DNA of 62,567 nt, counting the filler. It is 8 parts of 8 records of this genome, joined end to end, with 100 filler letters (N's around TTAATTAATTAA, not from the genome) between each part and the next. Parts side by side here need not be neighbours in the genome. Positions count along the whole stretch, not along the records: positions 23,264 to 37,022 come from SRR31147125_33826; positions 37,123 to 47,858 come from SRR31147125_33898; 6 more parts are not named here. One strand, given 5' to 3'. The notes beneath the pieces were generated by a model. The model was given only the letters and a program-made list of their open reading frames with translations, did no database searches and had not been told where the DNA came from. Positions 31,031 through 40,605 of the stretch are shown here, piece after piece (position 1 is the first letter of the stretch; the number at the start of each line of letters is the position of its first letter). A program made the translations under genes and the position numbers.

Positions 31031-32458
31031 TTAGAACTCTTTTTTCTGAATATTTTTTGCAATTCTATCCGCCGCATATGTGAGCCCAAATCCTATCCAT
31101 AATAAATTACCTTCCAATCCGCCAGGACTAAAAAATGAATTTATTAAATATCCCAACATACCTGCCACAACGCCAATCTGACATGCTTTTAAAAGGGGTA
31201 TTTTAATTTTGGGAATTGACTTTAAAACAAATTTAAAATAAAGAAAAACAATACAAGCAAAAAGAAAAAATCCTATTATTCCTAATTCTGAGAGGATTTC
31301 AATAGGCAATGTATGAGATTCTACTACATCATATAGTGCTTGTGCAGGTGGTTTATATAAACTTTCATAATAAACCGGAAATCCTCTAAATCCCACACCC
31401 AATAACAATGAATTATAAAGCATATCTAGACCACCCATAAAAAGATACACCCTGGTTGAATTGGAAGGATCACCAGATGCATCTGTTAGAGAACTTAGCC
31501 TTTGGATAATACTTTGAAAAAACACACTTTGCCACATAAATACAGCGAGAAAACCTATAACGATTATTCCTGAAGTAAATATTATTTTTTTATATTTCGA
31601 ATAATTTATAACGATTAACAATCCAGGAACAGTAGCTAACCAGGCCGCTCTGGAAAAAGTACCCATCAAGGCAACCAAAATAACACCAAGAATTATTAAT
31701 ATACTAATTCGCCATATCCAATTTAAAGAACCGTTAAGAATGATGGATACTCCCAATACGATTGCCACCATTAAAAACGTGGCAAAATAATTTGGATTTT
31801 CAAAGGTAACACCAAATCGCTCATATACTTTAAAAGCTCCAACAGCAATTTGCATCATTGAAGAGGAAGTTCCAACAATCGATTTCACCGAGATAATCGA
31901 CAATGTAAAGGCGCTTAGGATCAAAGTTGCAACTGAAATATAAATACCAAAAGGTGTATCAACCGCATTAATAATTACATACATGGTTAAAACGAGTGCA
32001 ATCAATCGTACGAAATGAACATAGCCCTCTAATTTTGCCGGTGTATATAGCAATGAAATCGCGATCATGAGTAAAAACAATATCAATGGAATATCAAAAG
32101 AAGTGGAATTGAATGACAATTTACCTTTATAAAATGTTTTAATGAAAAAGGTCAGAAAAGTAAGAAAAACACCGAGATGAAATACAGTTACCGGTAGCCC
32201 CCCAATACGTCCCATTGAGTCCATTGATGTACCCAGCACCATAACTGCCACACCAAGAGCCGGGATCTTTAGAAATTGATATCCGCAAACACCAATCCCT
32301 ATAAGGGCAAAAAGGGCGATAAATGCGATGATAAAGTTAAATTTGATACCTAGAATAAAATAGAGCGAGAAAACCAATATAGATATCGAAAAAAACTCTT
32401 TGCTTATATTACAAGCGTACGTTTCTGTTAAACTATTATCTAAGGACTTATTATTCAT
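31031..32458 (-). CDS. O-antigen ligase/polymerase (Wzy_C) family
   Basis: FENPNYFA, TFSRAAW, SNSTR, LLGVG, HTLPIEILSELGIIG. Confidence 0.88.
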   Translation of the reverse strand: MNNKSLDNSLTETYACNISKEFFSISILVFSLYFILGIKFNFIIAFIALFALIGIGVCGYQFLKIPALGVAVMVLGTSMDSMGRIGGLPVTVFHLGVFLTFLTFFIKTFYKGKLSFNSTSFDIPLILFLLMIAISLLYTPAKLEGYVHFVRLIALVLTMYVIINAVDTPFGIYISVATLILSAFTLSIISVKSIVGTSSSMMQIAVGAFKVYERFGVTFENPNYFATFLMVAIVLGVSIILNGSLNWIWRISILIILGVILVALMGTFSRAAWLATVPGLLIVINYSKYKKIIFTSGIIVIGFLAVFMWQSVFFQSIIQRLSSLTDASGDPSNSTRVYLFMGGLDMLYNSLLLGVGFRGFPVYYESLYKPPAQALYDVVESHTLPIEILSELGIIGFFLFACIVFLYFKFVLKSIPKIKIPLLKACQIGVVAGMLGYLINSFFSPGGLEGNLLWIGFGLTYAADRIAKNIQKKEF

Positions 32459-32578
32459 AAGATTAAACAGGACATTTTATTAACAATAAATGATCAATGA
32501 AAACTTTGGATAAAGAATATACTGAATTATCTGGTGATATTTTATCATATATCTATTTGATTTGCTTAAAGCAAAATG

Positions 32579-33820
32579 CTATTTTTTCCTGGATGGATTC
32601 AACCGTTTCAAATCATGTTTCAATTCTTTAGCGATCCAATCAATTTTCAGAACTTCCTCATTCCCTTCTCTCCGACCTCTATTTATAAAATCCAGAACAA
32701 AGGCAAGTAATACACTTATAAAAAATGCAAAACTGGTGGAAACAAGCACAATTATGGATCGTTTGGGACGACTTTTATAAGTAGGTGCTTTAGCATATTG
32801 CAAAACCTGAATGGAAGGTGTATCTTCCTGTTCCCTGATTTTTGCCTGTTCATATTGCTGTATCAATAACTCAAAGATAACTTCCTGTATTTTAAGCTCA
32901 CGCATTAGACGGGCATATTGCAAGCCTATTTCAGGAACCTTACCTAAAGGTAAGTATATATCGCTGGCTATCTCCTTGTCATTAGATTGAATATTCGTGT
33001 CGCTTATACCGTTTTTAATTTTCGTCAGTTCTTTTTCAATCTCATTGATACGATTTTTCAACTCGGTGACTTTTCCATGTGACGGTCCAAAATCAGAACG
33101 GAGCACACCCAATTGAACTTTTAGACCCGTTTGTTCAGCAATTAGTTCGGCTGCCCCCTTTATAGTAGCCTCAGTTTGATCTTTTATTGAAACGGTATTA
33201 TTTTCCTCTTGAAATTTTTTAAATTCTTCTTCAGCCTTTGCGAGTTCAACTTTTGCCTCATTTAACCGTCGCTCAATAAAAAGCCTTGTACTCTTGGCTG
33301 AGGATTGGCTCGTTATCATGTTTATTTCATCAAGTTTTTCTAGATAGGAATTTGTAACTTGTGCTGCAAGTTCCGGATCTTTTTTTGCTTCAAACGCGAT
33401 ATGTATGCTTCCATCTCTGGCCACCTCGGCAGATAGATGTGAATTTAATTTTCTTATAGTCAAATCCAGATTTTTTGATTTGTATTTTTTTTGAAAATCA
33501 TATTTCTCAATAATATATTCAGCAACTCTGCGACTCTCCAGAATAGTCAAAAATACATCGGAGCGTGTTGCAAGCATTGGTAACTCATATCCAGATGGAC
33601 CGAAGAAGGATCCCGCTATCTCTCCTATCCCTCCCATTCCAAGTGAAATCCCCTTACTCTCTGGGGGCAATATTATTGCTTTTGCTTTGTACCAGTTTGG
33701 CAAAAACAAACTCACAGCAACTGAAATTAGGATCATTGCAAAGACATTAATATAAATTAATCGCCTCCACTTCACCAAAACACTTACAATATCAACCAGG
33801 TTAATTTTCCGCTCTGTCAT
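32579..33820 (-). CDS. wzz: Wzz/GumC-type polysaccharide co-polymerase
   Basis: N- and C-terminal TM, Y.A.A.ILPP, coiled coil, Pro-rich AKAPTYKSRPKR; no kinase domain. Confidence 0.85.
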   Translation of the reverse strand: MTERKINLVDIVSVLVKWRRLIYINVFAMILISVAVSLFLPNWYKAKAIILPPESKGISLGMGGIGEIAGSFFGPSGYELPMLATRSDVFLTILESRRVAEYIIEKYDFQKKYKSKNLDLTIRKLNSHLSAEVARDGSIHIAFEAKKDPELAAQVTNSYLEKLDEINMITSQSSAKSTRLFIERRLNEAKVELAKAEEEFKKFQEENNTVSIKDQTEATIKGAAELIAEQTGLKVQLGVLRSDFGPSHGKVTELKNRINEIEKELTKIKNGISDTNIQSNDKEIASDIYLPLGKVPEIGLQYARLMRELKIQEVIFELLIQQYEQAKIREQEDTPSIQVLQYAKAPTYKSRPKRSIIVLVSTSFAFFISVLLAFVLDFINRGRREGNEEVLKIDWIAKELKHDLKRLNPSRKK

Positions 33821-33884
33821 AGTAATTCCTTAATATAAATAGATAACATTTTTTATTCTATCTAAAATTAGTTCACATTCCCAA

Positions 33885-35795
33885 TCAATTCTCTTTCCTC
33901 ATTGCCCTCTTTACCATAAACAATCCCAACATTGAAAATACAACAAGTGAAACAACCTGACCCCATGGTTCGGGCCATGTTAGTCCGATTCCTCCTGGTT
34001 TGCCGGCAAATACGGCATAGGCTGCGATGAGCACCCCTACAACACCCTCTCCGGCAATCAATCCGGAACCCAATAGGACTCCTTGTTCTTTTCTCTTGTT
34101 TAATTCCCCATTATCAGAAGTTGATTTTCTCTCAATTAAATAGCTGATACAACCACCCACAAAAACAGGTGTCATAGCAGATAAAGGTAGATAAATTCCG
34201 ACTGCAAATGGCAATGATGGTATACCCAGGAGTTCGGACATACCTGCGATTGTGGCGCCGATTAACACCAAATCCCATGGCAAATCTGCTTGCAGGACAC
34301 CTTCGATAACAGTCTTCATCAATGTTGCCTGCGGCGCCGGCAGATCCGGAGAGCCAAACGTAAAGGCTCTCCCTAAAAGCCAGACAGCGCCGGCAATGAA
34401 AAACGCCGAAGAGATGGCACCAATGATCTCCGCGGTTTGCTGCTTTCTCGGAGTGGCTCCGATAATGTAACCCGCTTTGAGATCCTGGGAAATATCACCG
34501 GCAATGGATGATGCAACACAAACAACCGTTCCCACAGTCAAGGCTGTTGCTTTGCCAATAGCATCTGTCCAGCCCAGCAAATAAAAAATAAGACTGGTAC
34601 CAAGTAACGTCACGATCGTCATGCCTGAAGTTGGATTTGAGGAGACACCAACCAAACCCACAATTCTCGCGGACACTGTAACAAACATGAATGCAAACAC
34701 AGCCACACAAAGGGCGCCAACGATCCTTGTTACCAACGTTGATGAAACACCTAACACATGAGGTGTTAAGATAATAGCAAGCGCAACAAGCAATGCACCA
34801 AAAAGAACAACCGTTATGGGCAAATCATTGTCCGTACGAATTTTTTGAGCCAAATCTCTGCTGGAACGGGAGCGTAATTCATGAACACCTATTTTAAAGG
34901 ATTGATACATGGTCGGAATAGACTTTATAACCGTAATAATCCCGGCAAAAGCCACGGCTCCGGCGCCGATATATCGAATATATCGCGTCCAGATCTGGTG
35001 AGCTGACATGGCAGAAATGGATACCGACGTTTCAGGAAAAAGAGGATTTGAGAGACCATGTCCGAATAAATCAATAAGAGGGATAATACCTATCCATGAA
35101 AGCAGGCCACCAGCAACCATAATAGCTGATATGCGGTAACCAAGAATATAACCAACACCCAGCAATGCGGGGCCGGCTTCAAGACCGATTTCCGCCTTGC
35201 GCAAAAACGGCAATTTTAAACTTATCTCTTCAGGCCAGAGTTTGAAAAATCCTGTCATGATTTTATAAGCAGCACCAACGCCTAAACCCTGCAAAACATT
35301 TTTTGCGTGGGCACCGCCTACATCCGATGCTATGAGAACCTGTGCCGCAGCTGTGCCTTCCGGATATGGTAACGTACCGTGTTCTTTGACAATTAAAAAT
35401 CGCCGCAACGGGATCATAAAAAGAACCCCCAGCACGCCTCCCAGCATGGCCAAAAATCCAATCTGTAACAGAGACGGGTCAAAACCCCAAAGAAAAAGGG
35501 CCGGGATCGTAAAAATGATTCCCGAGGCCAGGGACGAACTGGCAGATCCTGTTGTCTGGGCAATATTGTGTTCAAGAATATTTGAAGAACCCAGGATCGG
35601 TTTTAACAATTTAAAAAAAGCGACCGATACAATCGCAAGCGGAATGGCCGTACTTATGGTAAGTCCAACCCGTAAGCCAAGATAAGCGTTGGCAGACCCA
35701 AAAATAATACCAAAAATAATACCGGCGAGAACAGCTTTAAGACTGAAATCATGATATTGAGTTTCTGCAGAAACATAAGGTTTAAAGTCTGACAT
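33885..35795 (-). CDS. OPT family oligopeptide transporter
   Basis: ANAYLGLRVGLTIS, LPYPEGTAAA, NPTSGMTI, QDLKAG, APQATLM, SGLIAGEG. Confidence 0.95.
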   Translation of the reverse strand: MSDFKPYVSAETQYHDFSLKAVLAGIIFGIIFGSANAYLGLRVGLTISTAIPLAIVSVAFFKLLKPILGSSNILEHNIAQTTGSASSSLASGIIFTIPALFLWGFDPSLLQIGFLAMLGGVLGVLFMIPLRRFLIVKEHGTLPYPEGTAAAQVLIASDVGGAHAKNVLQGLGVGAAYKIMTGFFKLWPEEISLKLPFLRKAEIGLEAGPALLGVGYILGYRISAIMVAGGLLSWIGIIPLIDLFGHGLSNPLFPETSVSISAMSAHQIWTRYIRYIGAGAVAFAGIITVIKSIPTMYQSFKIGVHELRSRSSRDLAQKIRTDNDLPITVVLFGALLVALAIILTPHVLGVSSTLVTRIVGALCVAVFAFMFVTVSARIVGLVGVSSNPTSGMTIVTLLGTSLIFYLLGWTDAIGKATALTVGTVVCVASSIAGDISQDLKAGYIIGATPRKQQTAEIIGAISSAFFIAGAVWLLGRAFTFGSPDLPAPQATLMKTVIEGVLQADLPWDLVLIGATIAGMSELLGIPSLPFAVGIYLPLSAMTPVFVGGCISYLIERKSTSDNGELNKRKEQGVLLGSGLIAGEGVVGVLIAAYAVFAGKPGGIGLTWPEPWGQVVSLVVFSMLGLFMVKRAMRKEN

Positions 35796-36129
35796 AGGAT
35801 TCCTTAGTATTTTGTATAATTCAACAGCCTGCACGGGAGCACGTCACCGTTATCATGCTTTAACTCAAATTACTGGCAACAAAACAACGTGTTAAAATAA
35901 ACAGAAATCTAATTCAAACAATACAGTTTGACAATAATTCATCAAACTATATATAATCAATACGATAAACTATAATCATCATGCCTGACTGTTCAATAAG
36001 AAAGGTAAATAAAATAATACGTTTTATCAAGAAAGATTTATTATTACATGACTTTGATATGGCACTAATATTTTAATTGCTTTTTATAAAGTTATAAAGT
36101 ATATTTAATATTTAAAATTATATAGAGAT

Positions 36130-36819
36130 ATGCTTATAAACGACAATCTAAAAAGAATCCAGGACAATATAGCGGCAGCGTGCGCCAGATCAGGACGCGA
36201 CCCAAAAGATATTCACATCATTGCAGTGACAAAAACAGTTGGTGTCCCGCAGATTGAAGAAGCTATCGAGGCTGGTATCCGGATCATTGGTGAGAACAGG
36301 GTTCAGGAAGCATGGACGAAATTTCAGCACGTCAGTGAACCTGTATCCTGGCATATGATCGGTCACCTGCAAACGAACAAGGTGAAACGAGCGCTCCAAT
36401 TCGCTGATGTAATTCACTCTGTAGATTCACAGCATCTGGCAGAAGAAATTGACCGGAGAGCGGCTGAGCAAAACAAACGTGCCAATATCTTTATCGAAGT
36501 AAATACATCCGGAGAGGAATCCAAATTTGGCTTGACACCGGACAACACACTGGAATTTATATCGTGTCTTTCTTCATTAAAGAACATTAACATCACGGGC
36601 CTCATGACCATTGGTGCTTTTTTACCGGATGTGGAACAAGTGAGGCCATGCTTTAGAAAATTAAAAAAGTTAAAAGATAAAATATCTCTACATACATTTG
36701 AAAATGTCGCTCTCGAACACCTGTCAATGGGAATGACGAATGACTATCAAGTCGCCATAGAAGAAGGTGCGACACTGGTTCGAATTGGCAGAGGACTGTT
36801 TGGTGATCGACATTATTAA
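36130..36819 (+). CDS. yggS: PLP homeostasis protein YggS
   Basis: IAVTKT, GENRVQE, WHMIGHLQTNK, LSMGMTND, VRIGRGLFG. Confidence 0.96.
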   Translation: MLINDNLKRIQDNIAAACARSGRDPKDIHIIAVTKTVGVPQIEEAIEAGIRIIGENRVQEAWTKFQHVSEPVSWHMIGHLQTNKVKRALQFADVIHSVDSQHLAEEIDRRAAEQNKRANIFIEVNTSGEESKFGLTPDNTLEFISCLSSLKNINITGLMTIGAFLPDVEQVRPCFRKLKKLKDKISLHTFENVALEHLSMGMTNDYQVAIEEGATLVRIGRGLFGDRHY

Positions 36820-36863
36820 ATTGAGTTAATACAGTATTCAAAAAAAAGTTTGACAAAGGAGTC

Positions 36864-37022
36864 ATGTTTATTTTTACTAATTTTATATCCGCTTTGGCAG
36901 AGATACTGCACTTGTTTTTTACACTCTATATGTATTTGATAATTGCCAGAGCCATCGTATCATGGATAAATGTCAATCCATACAATCAGCTTATGCAATT
37001 CCTTTATCGCGCTACAGAACCC
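36864..37022 (+). CDS. yggT: YggT family membrane protein (3' truncated)
   Basis: IIARAIVSW..NPYN...FLYRATEP; follows yggS. Confidence 0.9.
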
Positions 37023-37122
37023 NNNNNNNNNNNNNNNNNNNNNNNNNNNNNNNNNNNNNNNNNNNNTTAATTAATTAANNNNNNNNNNNNNNNNNNNNNN
37101 NNNNNNNNNNNNNNNNNNNNNN
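37023..37122. other. Artificial contig linker
   Basis: N44-TTAATTAATTAA-N44. Confidence 0.99.
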
Positions 37123-37807
37123 CCCCTTTGATGACTCGTTCTATACCCCATGATGGCCCTGATGGATTTTGCACGCAAGTGGGGTTGTTTTTCAACGGAT
37201 CGAAATAATCATAACACCATTCCCATACATTGCCCAGCATATCAAACAATCCGAATTGATTTGGTGGGTAGCTGGCAACCACGGTTGTGCTTTTTTCCTG
37301 CAAAGATTTTTTTAATTCTTTAATGCTTTTTGTATTATTTGAACCGATATTCACACTTTTTTGAATTGATTCCGGATCCTTTTTAACACGAGTCCCCAAA
37401 GCAGCGCGCCATTCTGATTCCGTGGGCAAACGGTATCCATTTTTTGTAAAGTCACAATCTCCGGTGGACAGATCAAAGCAGGGTTGCAGCCCTTCGCTTT
37501 GACTTCTCAGGTTACAATAACGGATGGCTTCCCACCATGTCACATTCTCAACAGGCCTGGAGTCATGTTTATTGAAAGAGGGATTATATCCCATGACATT
37601 AAAAAAGTCCTTTTGCGTGGCTTCGGTTGTTGACATGAGGAATTCACCCACACTCACAGATATGGGAATACTTGTTTCGGCATCTGTGATCGCATAGGTA
37701 GTGGAAGGGATGATGATAAATTCCGGGGGATTTGAATGAGCCAATTGAATATTTGTTATTAAAAAAAAGGCAATTATAAATATGAATTGTTTCATGATTT
37801 TCACCAT
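37123..37807 (-). CDS. Exported FGE-sulfatase (SUMF1/EgtB/PvdO) domain protein (3' truncated)
   Basis: Signal peptide, PVENVTWWEA, YRLPTESEW, PNQFGLFDMLGNVWEWC. Confidence 0.9.
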
Positions 37808-38317
37808 GTTAAAAGTAAATTGCGATACCAGGCTTTATTTTTCAAAATGACTAACAGTCGGTTTTTTAATTGAAATAAATCACTCCGGATAAAACTGAGG
37901 TCTTCGATTGAAGCCTTTTTAACATTAAATTTCGTTTGGCCATAACCCACCTCATTTTTTGTTATTTTTAAAGTACTACTTTGATCATATTTGATCAACT
38001 TAAAAATGAGGTAGTGGTCAAATGACCTAACAGGTAATAAAACTTGTGAGAATAAGCAACGACAGTTGTACCTTGTATGATAAATTAATTTGCATCTGTT
38101 TTGGGCATGTGATTCGAAACGGAAATAACATTGTTTTATGTTGCGAGCATTATTTTTATCACGAGTTAACCCAGACATTTTGGGGAAATGACATTATTCC
38201 TTTGTCTGGAAAAGTCGTTTAACCCACCGGTATTAGTAAAAGAGTTTACTCTTTTTGGTTTTAGTGAAGAGACAAGATGCGTGTTTAGGGATAAATGATA
38301 TGTTTTATATCAAAATG

Positions 38318-38333
38318 TGGCATTCTTATTGCT
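38318..38333 (+). promoter_or_regulatory. sigma54 (-24/-12) promoter
   Basis: TGGCAT-TCTTA-TTGCT has the exact GG-N10-GC spacing. Confidence 0.6.
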
Positions 38334-38712
38334 ATTTTATTTGTGAAATGAAACGAAAGATAAAAAATAATCACTCTCGTTCATCAAAAGTGTGTTATTA
38401 CATTAAAAAGTGTGGCATGTTGTTCCCTGGTTGTGGCAAGTATGCCCCAATAATTGATGGCCAAGAGAATTGTTTTACGTAGAAATTAAATGAAAAAAAT
38501 ACATACTATAAATTGTGAATGATATGGAATATGTAGATCGAAAAAATCAGTCTCTGGTAAAGGGTTATTACAGCAAACAAAGTATTGAATTTCTTTGCGG
38601 TGAGGATGTTTTTACCTGGAAAAATTTCAAGTTACTTTTTAATATTATTGTAGATAGAAGCAGAGTGACAGTTGTAAGTCCTATACGATGCATATTGGAG
38701 AGGAGATGAATC

Positions 38713-38931
38713 ATGACGAATTTTTCTGAAATGTCAGCCATGAATGAAACAAAGGAAACATTCATTATAAATATTAATAACAGGGAATACACGATAGTTG
38801 AACAGTACGATCCTGAAATTGATTACGCTGTCAGACAATACTTTGTTGATGAAGAAGAAATTGCAAGAGAATTGATCGCACCAGATGTTATCACTGAGAT
38901 AGACAATGCGATAGATACGATGGCTGCCTAG
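38713..38931 (+). CDS. Small acidic hypothetical protein (72 aa)
   Basis: Strong GGAGAGGAG RBS, ATG start, followed by an inverted repeat; 17 D/E versus 4 K/R. Confidence 0.7.
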   Translation: MTNFSEMSAMNETKETFIININNREYTIVEQYDPEIDYAVRQYFVDEEEIARELIAPDVITEIDNAIDTMAA

Positions 38932-38951
38932 AATTCGACTGTATCTTTTTT

Positions 38952-38994
38952 TGTCATTTTTTGCATTTGTGTAACAAAAAATGACATTCTTTTT
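38952..38994 (+). terminator. Probable terminator hairpin
   Basis: TGTCATTTTTTG...CAAAAAATGACA (12-bp inverted repeat) followed by TTCTTTTT. Confidence 0.5.
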
Positions 38995-39019
38995 CCTTGA
39001 AAATGAATGTTTTCAATGT

Positions 39020-39127
39020 TAAAGATAAGGGCTGGAAAATTTAGGTTCTTCGAATCATAATGATACTCGACGTTATCGATACATATGTCCTGCTATGCTC
39101 CTCTATGGACTCCGGCCCTTATCTTTA
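39020..39127. ncRNA. Candidate structured RNA or inverted-repeat element
   Basis: TAAAGATAAGGGCTGGA ... TCCGGCCCTTATCTTTA (17-bp stem, one U-G) enclosing ~74 nt with internal hairpins. Confidence 0.4.
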
Positions 39128-39219
39128 CAGAATGGGGATAAAAGAAAATGCCCCCTTAGCTTCCTGTCCTGCACGTCACGTTTAACCATCCGGAACGCCT
39201 AACAATTTCCTGATTGATA

Positions 39220-39674
39220 TTACATGTCCGTGATATCTTCCTGCTCCATGGGATTTGCAAAGTTATCTTTTTGTAAAAATTGAACCCATTGCGCGTTTAC
39301 CTGAACAGGCATAAATCCCGTATTCGGTTTTGCGTTTGGCATGGACTGAAGCTCTCCCATGACCAGTACAGCGCTTCCCTTGCGAAGAGATTTTGAACAT
39401 TGGTGTGCCTGTTGAGCCCATACAACGACACTGACATAGCAGGATTTTCTCTCCAAGTCCGGATCTGTCCCGTTGATCTCCGGGAAGGTTTTAATAATAA
39501 AGTTGGTGACCGAGATCCCTTTTTTGTACATCGTAATGGTGGATCATGGACCAACTTGCCGGCAATGGTCACTCGATTTACATCAGGAAACTCATAATTT
39601 TGCTCATCGCTATTCGTTGAACGACCAAGCTCATGGCTTAACTGGTTCTGTTCAGTGATATTGTCTGTTTTCAA
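39220..39674 (-). CDS. ssb: Single-stranded DNA-binding (OB-fold) protein; frameshift at ~39522
   Basis: VNRVTIAGKLVHDPPLR joins VTNF...VSVVVWAQQA...LRKGSAVLVMGELQ...VQFL. Confidence 0.82.
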
Positions 39675-39913
39675 AAGAAGGTCCCATTTGTTGTGCTGTT
39701 GTGATTTGACAATTTAAAAAATAAAATGATAAATAAGGGAGGTTCAATTCCGGTTACACCTCACCCGCACGTAGCCAATACAAAAGAAAATTTTGGTTAG
39801 TTCTTTACGTTAAAAGACACACTTTTTAGGGTAACAATTATTATATCCAGGATATAGATAGCATGTTAAAGAATAAGCGTCATTAATAAAGTAAAAAAAG
39901 AGTTGATTGTTCG

Positions 39914-40432
39914 TCAAAAAATAGCCCCTTCTAAGCGAAGAAGTATGTCTTTAATATGGAGACCGCCTGAATAACCTCCTGACGAGCCATTTGATTGTAC
40001 AACACGATGACAGGGAATAATAATAGGTATTGGATTGGCACCGTTGGCTGATCCGACAGCTCTGACTGCCCTGGGATTTCCTATCATGGCGGCCAGTTTC
40101 CCATAGGTGGATATCTCACCCCATGGTATAAACCGCAGTTGATTCCATACTTGTTGTTGAAAAGGTGTACCTTGTAAGTAATCAATTGTCATGTCAAAAT
40201 GGATCCGCTTGCCCTGGAAATACACATCCAGGTCTGAGGTTATTTTTTTGAAATGCTTTTTATCCTTAATTAATCGAGCTGAAAAATTATTTTCAAGAGA
40301 AGCAATAACTTGTTGTTTGTTTTCATGCACTAAAAAGCGTAATTGGCAGAGGCCTTTATCTGTAGAGGCGATAAAGAGATCGCAGGGGGACCAGGTATAG
40401 ATGGAATAATATATGATTTGTTTTGATCCCAT
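39914..40432 (-). CDS. ogt: Methylated-DNA--protein-cysteine methyltransferase
   Basis: GTPFQQQVW, RAVGSANGANP, IIPCHRV active site. Confidence 0.95.
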   Translation of the reverse strand: MGSKQIIYYSIYTWSPCDLFIASTDKGLCQLRFLVHENKQQVIASLENNFSARLIKDKKHFKKITSDLDVYFQGKRIHFDMTIDYLQGTPFQQQVWNQLRFIPWGEISTYGKLAAMIGNPRAVRAVGSANGANPIPIIIPCHRVVQSNGSSGGYSGGLHIKDILLRLEGAIF

Positions 40433-40605
40433 ATAAATTTCTATCTATTTAATGTGCGGATTACAGGGTTACGTTTGTGCATAATTATAAAATATTAGAT
40501 TTATATAAACAGTCAAGTAAAAGTTAAAAATAATATTCAGTACTCAATTTACAACACCCAATCATCAAACCGCGGAGTTTTAAATTGTTTGGAAAATAGC
40601 GTGGT

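Noticed and set aside
37801-38792. AT-rich ORFs 37801-38178, 38255-38482, 38515-38709 and 38568-38792
   Set aside because: Weak starts, no convincing RBS, no motifs; probably spurious ORFs in a regulatory region.
39737-39766. GGTTCAATTCC resembling a tRNA T-loop upstream of ssb
   Set aside because: No 5-bp T-stem, anticodon arm or acceptor stem; at most a small hairpin.
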